Shown: in pieces, positions 1-8,203 of the stretch
Numbering within the stretch: position 1 is the stretch's first letter
How the letters are laid out: every line of letters begins with the position of its first letter
From: Gammaproteobacteria bacterium
GTDB taxonomy: Bacteria > Pseudomonadota > Gammaproteobacteria > Eutrophobiales > Eutrophobiaceae
Direction of reading: 5' to 3'
Length of the DNA: 64,000 nucleotides
Assembly (NCBI GenBank): GCA_965215365.1
Contig: CBDCDS010000003.1
Span: 544,001 to 608,000 of the forward strand
Program-made: the position numbers and the translations under genes
The notes under the pieces: model-generated
Seen by the model: the letters and a program-made list of their open reading frames with translations, nothing else
What the model was told of the DNA's origin: nothing
Databases searched by the model: none

Positions 1-730
1 CGGCCAGGGCGCGGTAACTGTCAAAGTCGAAAGAGGCAAAGCGGCGCGCGCGCAATTCCGGCACCAGTGGCAGGGTGGCCCGGGTTTTTATGCCCAGCGC
101 GCCGGTATCACAGCAGAACAGGCCGGTCAGGTCGGGGCCATAGTGGCGGAAAAACGGGGCGCCGTGGCGCTGCGCGTTTGACCCGGTATCCAGGATCGTC
201 CCGTCCGCCAGCACCACCTCTAGGCTCAGTACGGAATCCGCGGCGCTGCCGTAACGCCCGGAGCCCCAGAAGATGCTGTTCTGCGACAGGCCGCCGCCCA
301 CCGTGGCCCTGATGCCGGACAGCGGGCCCCAGTACGGGGTACGGCAACCGCTGCCGCGTAAGGCCTGGTGCAAGTCGTTCCAGGTGCAGCCGCTTTCCAC
401 GGTCACGTACATGTCTTCGGTGTTGCACTCCACCACCCGGTTAAGACGGCTCAGGTCAAGCAGGATGGTATCGGCCTCCGACGGCACGTAACCACTGCTG
501 TAGGACATGCCGCCGCCGCGGGCCACCACCGCATGACCCCGCTGCGTCGCCGCGGCCACCACCTCGGCGACCTGCGCGGTGGCGCCGGGGCGCACTACGG
601 CCAGGGCCGGCAGGGCCTTGGTATAAATATCCTGGGCATGGAAGGCGCAACTGTGGGCATCGGTGAGCACCGCGTCGGCGCCGACCTGCGCGGTGATCGT
701 CTCAAGCAGCGTTGCTGTATTTGACGCCAT
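1..730 (-). CDS. FAD-binding oxidoreductase (FAD_binding_4/GlcD-like); runs off window start
   Basis: Manual translation from ATG at 730: MASNTATLLE...VVRPG...VVARGGGMSYSSG...LDLSRLNRV...VESGCTW...ATVGGGLSQN...GALGI. Absent from the ORF track because it is truncated. Confidence 0.9.
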   Translation of the reverse strand, partial: MASNTATLLETITAQVGADAVLTDAHSCAFHAQDIYTKALPALAVVRPGATAQVAEVVAAATQRGHAVVARGGGMSYSSGYVPSEADTILLDLSRLNRVVECNTEDMYVTVESGCTWNDLHQALRGSGCRTPYWGPLSGIRATVGGGLSQNSIFWGSGRYGSAADSVLSLEVVLADGTILDTGSNAQRHGAPFFRHYGPDLTGLFCCDTGALGIKTRATLPLVPELRARRFASFDFDSYRALA

Positions 731-778
731 GGGCTGTGAAAAAGAAATGCGATGCGATTGGAGTTGTATTTAAGTTAT

Positions 779-805
779 GGTAACCTCTAACTGATAGAGG
801 TGACC
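779..805. repeat. MITE family A, minimal copy (TIR-only hairpin)
   Basis: GGTAACCTCTA-ACTGA-TAGAGGTGACC; same termini as the longer copies. Confidence 0.7.
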
Positions 806-855
806 TCATAGCATTATATCATTGCCAGGTAAACTTCTGCGTTAGCCCGCACATC

Positions 856-1866
856 GTGAACAATACACGGGTCATATTAAAACAACGAGCCGCCGGCATC
901 CCCCGGGAACAGGATTTTGAATTGCTGCACGCGCCCGCAGCGCGCCCGGGCGCAGGGGAACTGCTGTGTGAGACCCGGTATCTGTCGCTGGACCCGTACC
1001 TGCGCGGCCAGATCAGCGGGCGGCACATTTCCGGCGCCGTTAATGTCGGCGAGCTCATGGGCGGGGAAGCGCTCAGCAGGGTCATCGAGTCGAAGTCGGA
1101 CGGGTTTGAACGAGGCGACATCATCGCCGCGCACAGCGGTTGGCAGAGCCACCCCGTGGTGCCGGCCGCGACCGCAAGAAAGCTGAACCCGGCGCTGGGG
1201 CCGCTGTCCACCCTGCTGGGTATTCTTGGTATGCCGGGGCTTACTGCCTATGCCGGCATGACCCGTCTGGCCGATTTGCAGGCCGGCGACACGGTGGTCG
1301 TCTCGGCGGCGTCCGGGCCGGTGGGGTCCATGGTCGGGCAGATTGCCAAACGGCATGGTTGCCGTAGCGTCGGTATTGCCGGGTCCGAGGAGAAATGCCG
1401 CTGGACGGTGGAGCAGGCCGGCTTTGAACACTGCATCAACTACAAAACAGAAACGCTTAGAGACGGCCTCAAGCGCGCCTGCCCTGATGGCATAAACGTT
1501 TACTTCGATAACGTCGGCGGCGACACCTTGCAGGCCTGCATGGAACAACTGGCGGCGGGCGCCACGGTCATCCTGTGCGGACTGATGGCGCAGTACAATA
1601 CGGACGACATACCCCCCGGACCCAATCCGGGTCTCATCATCAGAGCCAGGGCCACCGTGCGCGGTCTGGTCGTCTATGACCATGAAGACCTGCGGCCGGA
1701 ATTTGAGCAACAGGTCAGCCAGTGGTTGCAGCAGGGACAGCTCAGCTACAAGGAAGATCTGGCAGAGGGTTTGCAGGCCGCGCCCGGGCTGTTCTGCCGG
1801 CTGATGCGCGGCGAGAATTTCGGTAAGGCAATAGTGCGGGTTGCCGAAGAGAGTACACTGATATGA
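856..1866 (+). CDS. NADP-dependent oxidoreductase (prostaglandin reductase/CurA-like MDR)
   Basis: YLSLDPYLRG, LGMPGLTAYAG, VSAASGPVGS, FDNVGG, GENFGK motifs. Confidence 0.93.
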   Translation: MNNTRVILKQRAAGIPREQDFELLHAPAARPGAGELLCETRYLSLDPYLRGQISGRHISGAVNVGELMGGEALSRVIESKSDGFERGDIIAAHSGWQSHPVVPAATARKLNPALGPLSTLLGILGMPGLTAYAGMTRLADLQAGDTVVVSAASGPVGSMVGQIAKRHGCRSVGIAGSEEKCRWTVEQAGFEHCINYKTETLRDGLKRACPDGINVYFDNVGGDTLQACMEQLAAGATVILCGLMAQYNTDDIPPGPNPGLIIRARATVRGLVVYDHEDLRPEFEQQVSQWLQQGQLSYKEDLAEGLQAAPGLFCRLMRGENFGKAIVRVAEESTLI

Positions 1867-2405
1867 GCAAGGCGCCCACCGATTTTCGGCGTGTTACCAT
1901 GCTGGTAAACGACATTGAAACGCCATTGAAAATCTATCGGGATATTCTTGGAGTGATCCCCAAAAATGCCCGGTCTGGCATTTGCAGAGTTGTCCTGACG
2001 CTCATGCTGGCACCGCTGCTGTTGCTCGCGCCGGTGGGCGCGCTGCCGTCCGAGCTCGACAATGCCACCTGGTACAAAGGCTGGATGGCCGTGAAAAAGC
2101 ATAAGGTGGACCCTGATGCAGACCTGTCCGAGTGGATCTTCGCCAGAATTGAGCGCATGCACAACCAGGGGCAGAAAATACCGCTGACGGATGAGGCCGG
2201 CAACAACACCGGCTACACCCTGTCGCTGGAAAGCCTGACCTACGAGGAAACCCAGGTGCCGGTGCTGAAAATCGGCGTGATCGAAGACCGCACCGGTTAC
2301 ACTCTGGCGTATTCCTGGGCCGACCCGGGGTCACATCGGGTGGGGCTGAACGTGCGCTGGTTCCAGGCCGGCATGACGCGTATCGACGAGGAACATCATG
2401 AATAG
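1863..2405 (+). pseudogene. Chimeric remnant: VOC N-terminus + signal peptide + C-terminal domain resembling CpcT/CpeT-like proteins of heterotrophs
   Basis: First 30 aa RRVTMLVNDIETPLKIYRDILG match the glyoxalase beta-alpha start; then an internal signal-peptide-like segment; then ...LTYEETQVPVLKIG...YSWADPGSHRVGLNVRWFQAG. The CpcT-like assignment is from recall. Confidence 0.55.
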
Positions 2406-2688
2406 CTCTGCTACCGGCGCCGGCAACCACAGCGGATACCCCGCCGCCGGCTACGCTTAGTACATGGTGATCCTGCTCACCCTGGCGTATATCTGCTCCT
2501 TCATCGACCGCTTCATGCTGGGGCCGACCACCATCGGCATTCTCAACGACCAGATGTTCGGCGAGGCCGGCCTGAAATACTCCATGGCACTGCTGCCGTT
2601 CGTCTATGGCGTACCGGTGCTGCTGCTGGTTCCCGTGACGCTACGGCTGTACGCCCACACCTGCGCGGAAATGCGCGCCGAGGGCTGA
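2398..2688 (+). pseudogene. MFS transporter (spinster-like) pseudogene with in-frame TAG and large internal deletion
   Basis: MNSS...GYA*YMVILLTLAYICSFIDRFML (TM1) is joined directly to GPTTIGILNDQMFG...LKYSM (TM11-12); only about 96 codons. Confidence 0.8.
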
Positions 2689-2729
2689 TGTCCGGCATTC
2701 AGCGGGAATCACCATGGCTTCAGTTTGTG

Positions 2730-2987
2730 TTACGTCACACCCTGCCTGCCGATCCATTCGCGTAGTGCCTTGTCGATCCGCGTCTGCCAACCGCGCCCAT
2801 CAGCCTTGAAGTAATCCAGCACTTCTTTCGACAAACGGATAGTGGTCGATACCCTCGGACTGGCAACGGGGGGGCGTCCTCGACGAACTGGTACCTGGGC
2901 AAATTTCTCCGGCCAGCCATCTTTGGAAAGATCGGGGGCAGTGTCTGGATCAAAGTCTTGGCTTGTAGTGTTTTCTCTCACGTTCAT
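2730..2987 (-). CDS. brnA: BrnA antitoxin
   Basis: RRGRPP...TIRLSKEVLDYFKADGRGWQTRIDKALRE. Confidence 0.92.
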   Translation of the reverse strand: MNVRENTTSQDFDPDTAPDLSKDGWPEKFAQVPVRRGRPPVASPRVSTTIRLSKEVLDYFKADGRGWQTRIDKALREWIGRQGVT

Positions 2988-3190
2988 TGGCTTTTCTCAT
3001 GCTTATGATCCTGTAGCTATCATTGCGCGGCGTCCAGACAATAACTACCATCGTGCCATCAAGAAACCCAACGGTTATAAACCGTGTCTCGCCATAGTTA
3101 CGCCTGTCGTCTTCCACAGTCAATGTAGGGCCATCAAACACCTCTCCGACCCGGGCCATGTCTAATCCCCTGAATTCAAGAGTAGCAGCA
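2950..3190 (-). pseudogene. brnT: BrnT toxin, probably 5'-truncated
   Basis: YGETRFITVG...RIISMRKANERE; upstream frame reads AATLEFRGLD but meets a stop before the usual MxFEWDxxK start. Confidence 0.75.
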
Positions 3191-3228
3191 GGGCAACCGC
3201 ATACTTTTATATGTCAATGGCAAGACAT

Positions 3229-3272
3229 GGTAACCTCTCAAAATGCCACGGAGGGCATTTTGAGAGGTTACC
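3229..3272. repeat. MITE family A short copy, perfect hairpin with ACGGAG loop
   Basis: GGTAACCTCTCAAAATGCC-ACGGAG-GGCATTTTGAGAGGTTACC. Confidence 0.85.
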
Positions 3273-3347
3273 TCACGGAATAGGTCGTCGTCTGTTTCAT
3301 TTTCGTGCTGGTATTAATCCGCGTACTTTGGCATTATTTCATCCATT

Positions 3348-4532
3348 ATGAAAACGACAAGCATTATATTGCTGCTCAGCATGTTGCTGTGCATGGGGCC
3401 AGCCCCGGCGGCGGATCGCGCTCATCCGGAAAATCCGTTTACATCCACCTCCCGCAGCCCGGCGCCGGCCATGGCAAGCGAGCTTCCCGGCACGGGGATC
3501 AGTGGTGTCTATGAGGTGATGGTTGGCGCCGACGATGCCGGGCCGTTGCTTGAGTACTTCGGCGAGTTCGGCTTCAGTATCAAAAACGAAGCGGTGCTGG
3601 ACGCGGCGGTGGCGCAAGAACTCTATGGCGTCAATTCTGCCCTGCGTTCCATCCGCCTGCAGAACGGCGCCGTCGACAGCCATGGGCTGCTGCGTATCCT
3701 GGAATGGGAACAACCGTTAGGGCCGGGCGTCGGCTATGCGCCGCCGGAAACCGTGGGGCAGCGCATGTCGGTCATGCGCACCCGCGATATTGTCCGCCTG
3801 TACGACACGTTTTCCGACCTGCGTCATAAGGCCAGGGAACCCTGGCTTCCCGTGGAACCGATCTTTGATGATTTGTATGACCTGGGCACGGATAATGTTT
3901 CCATAACGCAACGGCGCGTCGGTGTGCGCGAGAACGCGGTGTACGGGCGCTTTTTCAACCATGTTTTCTTCCAGCGTTACGGCTACACCATCCCCGGCTA
4001 CGGCACCGTCAACCCGGCGGCGCCGTTGCAGACCAGTGAGTTTACTCACCATGACTTTATTATCGCCGGCGACCTGACGGTGGTGACGGCGTATTATGAG
4101 TCCGTGTTGGGGTTGCGCGCCGAGACTGAGCCGGTCGTTAGCGGCGACTGGCAGCCCGGCCCGGGGCGAGTGTTCCTGATGGAGCCGGGAGAGAGCCACT
4201 GGTACCGCGGCTTTGTGTCACCAAACAACATCTGCGGTAAACTCAAGTTTTTCGCTGCGCGCGACCCGGCGCATGAACGCGATCGCCGCCACCACCAGCG
4301 CCTCGGCGAGTTGGGCATCACCCTGCACAGCCTGTACACACCCGTGCCGGAGTATGTGCATGGGCTTGCCGTCGAACACGGTTTGCAGCCCTCAGCCATC
4401 ATGCACAACGAATTCTCCGAACGCTCATTCCTGTTCACCGGCCCGGACGGGGTCACCTGGCAAATCCTAGAGCAGCCGCTTGTTATGACCCCACCGACAA
4501 CCGAATTTGAACTGGTGAGGGTGAATAATTGA
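3348..4532 (+). CDS. Secreted VOC (glyoxalase-like) family protein
   Basis: Signal peptide; YEVMVG, YYESVLGL and FTGPDGVTWQILE VOC-like modules. Confidence 0.75.
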   Translation: MKTTSIILLLSMLLCMGPAPAADRAHPENPFTSTSRSPAPAMASELPGTGISGVYEVMVGADDAGPLLEYFGEFGFSIKNEAVLDAAVAQELYGVNSALRSIRLQNGAVDSHGLLRILEWEQPLGPGVGYAPPETVGQRMSVMRTRDIVRLYDTFSDLRHKAREPWLPVEPIFDDLYDLGTDNVSITQRRVGVRENAVYGRFFNHVFFQRYGYTIPGYGTVNPAAPLQTSEFTHHDFIIAGDLTVVTAYYESVLGLRAETEPVVSGDWQPGPGRVFLMEPGESHWYRGFVSPNNICGKLKFFAARDPAHERDRRHHQRLGELGITLHSLYTPVPEYVHGLAVEHGLQPSAIMHNEFSERSFLFTGPDGVTWQILEQPLVMTPPTTEFELVRVNN

Positions 4533-5938
4533 GCCTGCAAGCCCTCACTCGCCGTCACTTCCTGCAGGCCGGCAGCGCCGCCATGCTGGCCGCCCTGTAC
4601 CGCCCGGTGTTCGCCGCCCGCAAGCATTATGACGTCATTATCATCGGCGCCGGTCTGGCCGGATTACAGGCGGGACGCATGTTACAACACCAAGGGGTGG
4701 ATTTTTTGTTGCTGGAAGGCTCCGAACGTGTCGGCGGGCGGGTTTACACGCTGGATCACTTGCCCGGCCGGCCGGAAGCCGGGGGTGCCCGGCTGGGCAC
4801 GAATTACCAGGCGCTGAACCAGGCACTGGCGGAATTGAATATCGCCGCGACCAACCCCACAACGGGCGCGCCGGGGATGACGCTGCTGGTCAACGGCAGC
4901 CTCAGCGCTGCCGAAAACTGGCCCGCCAGCCCTGGCAATCGGCTGCCGGAAACGGCGAAAGAGGTGCCGCCATACCGGTTATTGTCAACGCTGCTGCGCA
5001 ACGGTAACTTCCTGTCGGCGCCGTTGGACTGGTGGCAACCGGAATTTAGCGAGCTGGATATCCCGTTGCAGGCGTACCTGCAACAGCTGGGCGCTGACGC
5101 TGAGGCCATCCGCCTGATAGATGCCAACCTCAATGGTGAAAGCATTGAGACGCTGTCGGCCTTGGACCTGCTGCGCAAGCTGGCAGTGTTGCAAAACGCC
5201 GGCGCGCCGCAGGAAGTCCGCGTCGGTATGCAACGCTTGCCCGAGGCCATGTATGACGCGCTCAAGGCGGCTGTGATGATGGGTAAACAGGTCACGAGTA
5301 TTGACTCTGCGAATGCAGGGGTGCGGCTGCGCACTGCCGACTCGGACAGTTTTACCTGCCGGCGGTGTCTGGTGGCGCTGCCGTTCAGTGTGTTGCGGCG
5401 GTTGCAGGTGCAGATGCCGTTATCCGAACCCAAGCAACAGGCCATTTCGCGCATGGGCTATACCCCTGTCACCCAAGTCTATCTGCGGCCGCGCAGCCCG
5501 TTCTGGCTGGCCGATGAACTGAGCCCGAATATGTGGACCGACACCGACCTGGGCCGGGTATTCACCCATACCGACGAACAGGGCGAAGTGCTGCGTCTGC
5601 GCGCCTGGATCCAGGGCGCCACGGCGCAACGACTGCACGGCATGTCAGACGCAGAGCTTGGCAGGCATATCGTGGCGCAGCTGGAACAGGCACGGCCGGC
5701 GGCAAAATCGCAACTGGAGGTGGAATGGATCATCTCCTGGGGCAAATATCCTTTCAGCCAAGGCGCGTTCTCCCATTACCTGGCCGGCGGTGTCGGGCAG
5801 TTCAGCCGCGCGGTGAGCAGCCCGGAAGGGCCGTTACACTTCATCGGCGCCCACACCGAACCGTCCGCCTCGGGCATGGAGGCAGCCGTCAAGTCCGGCA
5901 ACCGGGGCGCACAGGAAATCATCGAGCGCTTATCCTGA
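4529..5938 (+). CDS. Flavin monoamine oxidase family protein, Tat-exported
   Basis: TRRHFLQ Tat motif, IIGAGLAGL, RVGGR, GMEAAVKSG. Confidence 0.92.
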   Translation: MSLQALTRRHFLQAGSAAMLAALYRPVFAARKHYDVIIIGAGLAGLQAGRMLQHQGVDFLLLEGSERVGGRVYTLDHLPGRPEAGGARLGTNYQALNQALAELNIAATNPTTGAPGMTLLVNGSLSAAENWPASPGNRLPETAKEVPPYRLLSTLLRNGNFLSAPLDWWQPEFSELDIPLQAYLQQLGADAEAIRLIDANLNGESIETLSALDLLRKLAVLQNAGAPQEVRVGMQRLPEAMYDALKAAVMMGKQVTSIDSANAGVRLRTADSDSFTCRRCLVALPFSVLRRLQVQMPLSEPKQQAISRMGYTPVTQVYLRPRSPFWLADELSPNMWTDTDLGRVFTHTDEQGEVLRLRAWIQGATAQRLHGMSDAELGRHIVAQLEQARPAAKSQLEVEWIISWGKYPFSQGAFSHYLAGGVGQFSRAVSSPEGPLHFIGAHTEPSASGMEAAVKSGNRGAQEIIERLS

Positions 5939-5961
5939 CAGCCCTTGTCCAGATTACTTCA

Positions 5962-6137
5962 GGTAACCTCTAAACCCTCATGATCAGGGTGCTGCGCACC
6001 CTGATCATGAGGGTTTAGACACGGAAATGAAAAAGTGTAATTTTTCATTTCCTTAATTTTCAAGCACTGACGTGCTTGCAGTGACTGGCAGCACATCCCT
6101 GTGCTGCACGGGCACCTCGTGTTTGTGAGAGGTGCCC
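5962..6137 (+). mobile_element. MITE family A full copy
   Basis: GGTAACCTCT...AGAGGTGCCC termini; core is shared with 7913-8067 (inverted), 26221-26372 and 61512-61634. Confidence 0.88.
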
Positions 6138-6200
6138 TTCAACACCGGGTACAGGCTCGGTGGCGGGGATTTTTTACCGCAGGCAGGCTATACTCGCGCC

Positions 6201-7418
6201 ATGAGTGTGAGCGCAAACAAGACGATAGACTGGGATAAACTGGTCAGGTTGTTCGTCCCCGGCTCGGGTGTGACGCCGCCCTTGCTGGCCGGCAGGGAAG
6301 GACCTCTGCAAAAACTCGCCGATCTGGTTGGCTACCTGCAGGAAGGCGGCAGCGCTGCGCCCGGAGATGTCGTGCTGTTGGGGCCGCGCGGCAATGGTAA
6401 AACGGTATTGTTGAACGCGTTCAGACAGCAGTCAGACGGCAAGGATATCGATATTCTGTCGTTGAAAGCAAAACAGGTTAGTGACGAGGTCAGGCTTGCG
6501 ATATATCTGCTCCGTCAACGCGAAGTCTCGATGAAAGATGCTGAGGCGCTCAAACTTGACAAGGGAAAAGTGGGCTTGAATTTCGTGTCAGGAGAATTGA
6601 GCAGGATGAACCGGGAGGACCGGGAAGCCCACATGACCACCCACCTGTTTGACCTCCTGGCGGCCCGCTGCCGCAACAGGCCATTGATGGTGACCATTGA
6701 CGAGGCGCATACACTGGATGTCGAGACCGGGCGTCTGCTGCTGAACACCAGCCAGGCAGTACGAGAAACCGGCGCCCCATTCCTGCTTGCGCTGGCCGGG
6801 ACGCCCAACCTGCGCGATCACCTGGACCTTATGAGCGCCACCTTCTGGGATCGCGCAGAAATCATCAGCGTAGGCAGACTGGATAGTGCAGCCACCCGCG
6901 CCGCGTTATTGGAGCCTCTTAAGGCGTCCGGAGTCAGCGTTGAGCATGAGGCGCTGGAGGTGGTCAGCACCGAGAGCCAACAATACCCGTACTTCATCCA
7001 GGCCTGGGGCAAAGCCCTGTGTCTGGCGTTACGGGACCGGAAGGCCACACATATTGATACGTTGCTGGTTGACGCGGCCCGTCCGATCTTTGCGGAGAGA
7101 AGGATCGATTACTACGAAAAACGTTATGAGGAGCTAATCCGGCAGGACTTGCTTGAAGCCGCCAAGGCCGTGTCTGCGGGATTTGAGGACGCACAGGTCG
7201 TTGACAGTGATGTGTTAAAAGAGAATCTGGTTGCCGCCCTGTCTCTGGATTCACAGGGCGCGCTCGACCTGCTCAGAAAACTCTCTCATCTCGGGTTTAT
7301 CTGGAAACCACCGGCCAGCATTTACTACGAACCCGGCATTCCCAGCCTCATGGGCTATGTGTTGGCAGGGCGGGGGGAACTCTCTGGCGATGGAAAAAGC
7401 GCCAATCCCGTAGCATGA
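6201..7418 (+). CDS. AAA family ATPase (AAA_16/Orc1-like, probable C-terminal winged helix)
   Basis: FVPGSGVTPPLLAGRE, Walker A GPRGNGKT, Walker B TIDEAH, YPYFIQ; paralog of 41006-42286. Confidence 0.88.
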   Translation: MSVSANKTIDWDKLVRLFVPGSGVTPPLLAGREGPLQKLADLVGYLQEGGSAAPGDVVLLGPRGNGKTVLLNAFRQQSDGKDIDILSLKAKQVSDEVRLAIYLLRQREVSMKDAEALKLDKGKVGLNFVSGELSRMNREDREAHMTTHLFDLLAARCRNRPLMVTIDEAHTLDVETGRLLLNTSQAVRETGAPFLLALAGTPNLRDHLDLMSATFWDRAEIISVGRLDSAATRAALLEPLKASGVSVEHEALEVVSTESQQYPYFIQAWGKALCLALRDRKATHIDTLLVDAARPIFAERRIDYYEKRYEELIRQDLLEAAKAVSAGFEDAQVVDSDVLKENLVAALSLDSQGALDLLRKLSHLGFIWKPPASIYYEPGIPSLMGYVLAGRGELSGDGKSANPVA

Positions 7419-7524
7419 GCGTCCGCCCTTCAGGCTGATTTTATACCGGAAAATTCTGCGTTTGGTTACAAGCATCCTGTTTTGCTATACTTGGTGCAAT
7501 GAGCCGCTCGGAGAAACAAAGAAC

Positions 7525-7707
7525 TTGAAATATCGGTCGAACAAAGAACAAATTAAGGCTCTGCTGAGAAACTTTGGTTTGGCTGTTACTCTGGGCGGTC
7601 TGTTTTACGGCACTTTGGACGGCGGCAGCTTAACCATAACAGTAGTCTTGTTTGGAGCGGGCGCCATAATCGCATACATCGGCACTTTGGAGAAAAAGCA
7701 TGATTGA
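7525..7707 (+). CDS. Small 2-TM membrane protein (start uncertain)
   Basis: Two hydrophobic segments; stop overlaps the next ATG. Confidence 0.55.
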   Translation: MKYRSNKEQIKALLRNFGLAVTLGGLFYGTLDGGSLTITVVLFGAGAIIAYIGTLEKKHD

Positions 7708-7819
7708 AGTACTGACCCATCCTCTGATAGTGGGCACGTTCATATCCTCTACGATATTGCTGGGTGCCTGGTATCATGCCATGCAACAGGATGACGAGCC
7801 GGAGGAGGAAGATCGATGA
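7700..7819 (+). CDS. 39-aa single-TM peptide
   Basis: MIEVLTHPLIVGTFISSTILLGAWYHAMQQDDEPEEEDR; GGAG RBS; overlaps upstream stop. Confidence 0.5.
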   Translation: MIEVLTHPLIVGTFISSTILLGAWYHAMQQDDEPEEEDR

Positions 7820-7887
7820 ATATCAGCCTGGTGGTGGTCACCGGCCTGGTCATGTCGTGGGCAGCCCGGCGTCAGAACTCCGAATAG
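7816..7887 (+). CDS. 23-aa hydrophobic peptide
   Basis: MNISLVVVTGLVMSWAARRQNSE; GGAGGAGG RBS and ATGA overlap. Confidence 0.35.
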   Translation: MNISLVVVTGLVMSWAARRQNSE

Positions 7888-7912
7888 TTCCTGGCACGGA
7901 CAGATGTCTTAA

Positions 7913-8067
7913 GGGTGCCTCTCACAAACACGAGGCGCCCGTGCAGCACAGGGATGTGCTGCCAGTCACTGCAAGCACGTAAGTGCTTGAAAATGAAGGA
8001 AATGAAAAATCACACTTTTTCATTTCCGTCTCACAAATCCGCCCGGAGCGGATTTTTAGAGGTTACC
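7913..8067 (-). mobile_element. MITE family A full copy, inverted relative to 5962-6137
   Basis: Reverse complement of the family core; flanks TTAA / TTAG. Confidence 0.88.
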
Positions 8068-8094
8068 TTAGAAAACAACGTCAGAAAAATTGTG

Positions 8095-8159
8095 TTGACA
8101 TGTTGCAAACTGTAGTCTTAAATGTCATAAGGTTATGACATTCCTATCTGTTGCAAACT
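8095..8159 (+). promoter_or_regulatory. Sigma70-like promoter with palindromic operator upstream of the TonB receptor
   Basis: TTGACA 8095-8100; perfect palindrome AATGTCATAA-GG-TTATGACATT 8121-8142; direct repeat TGTTGCAAACT at 8101 and 8149. Confidence 0.65.
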
Positions 8160-8203
8160 TGGGCGAGCCTGCCCATGTACCTTGAGCGAGAGGGGCGACC
8201 ATT

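Noticed and set aside
2458-2460. In-frame TAG as programmed readthrough or pyrrolysine
   Set aside because: The position fits a TGG>TAG mutation and the gene is also internally deleted
6132-6200. ORF-track starts extended upstream (also 10616, 14071, 18263, 30798, 32047, 33598)
   Set aside because: Extensions run into MITEs, terminators, operators or neighbouring genes; downstream ATGs fit the family N-termini better
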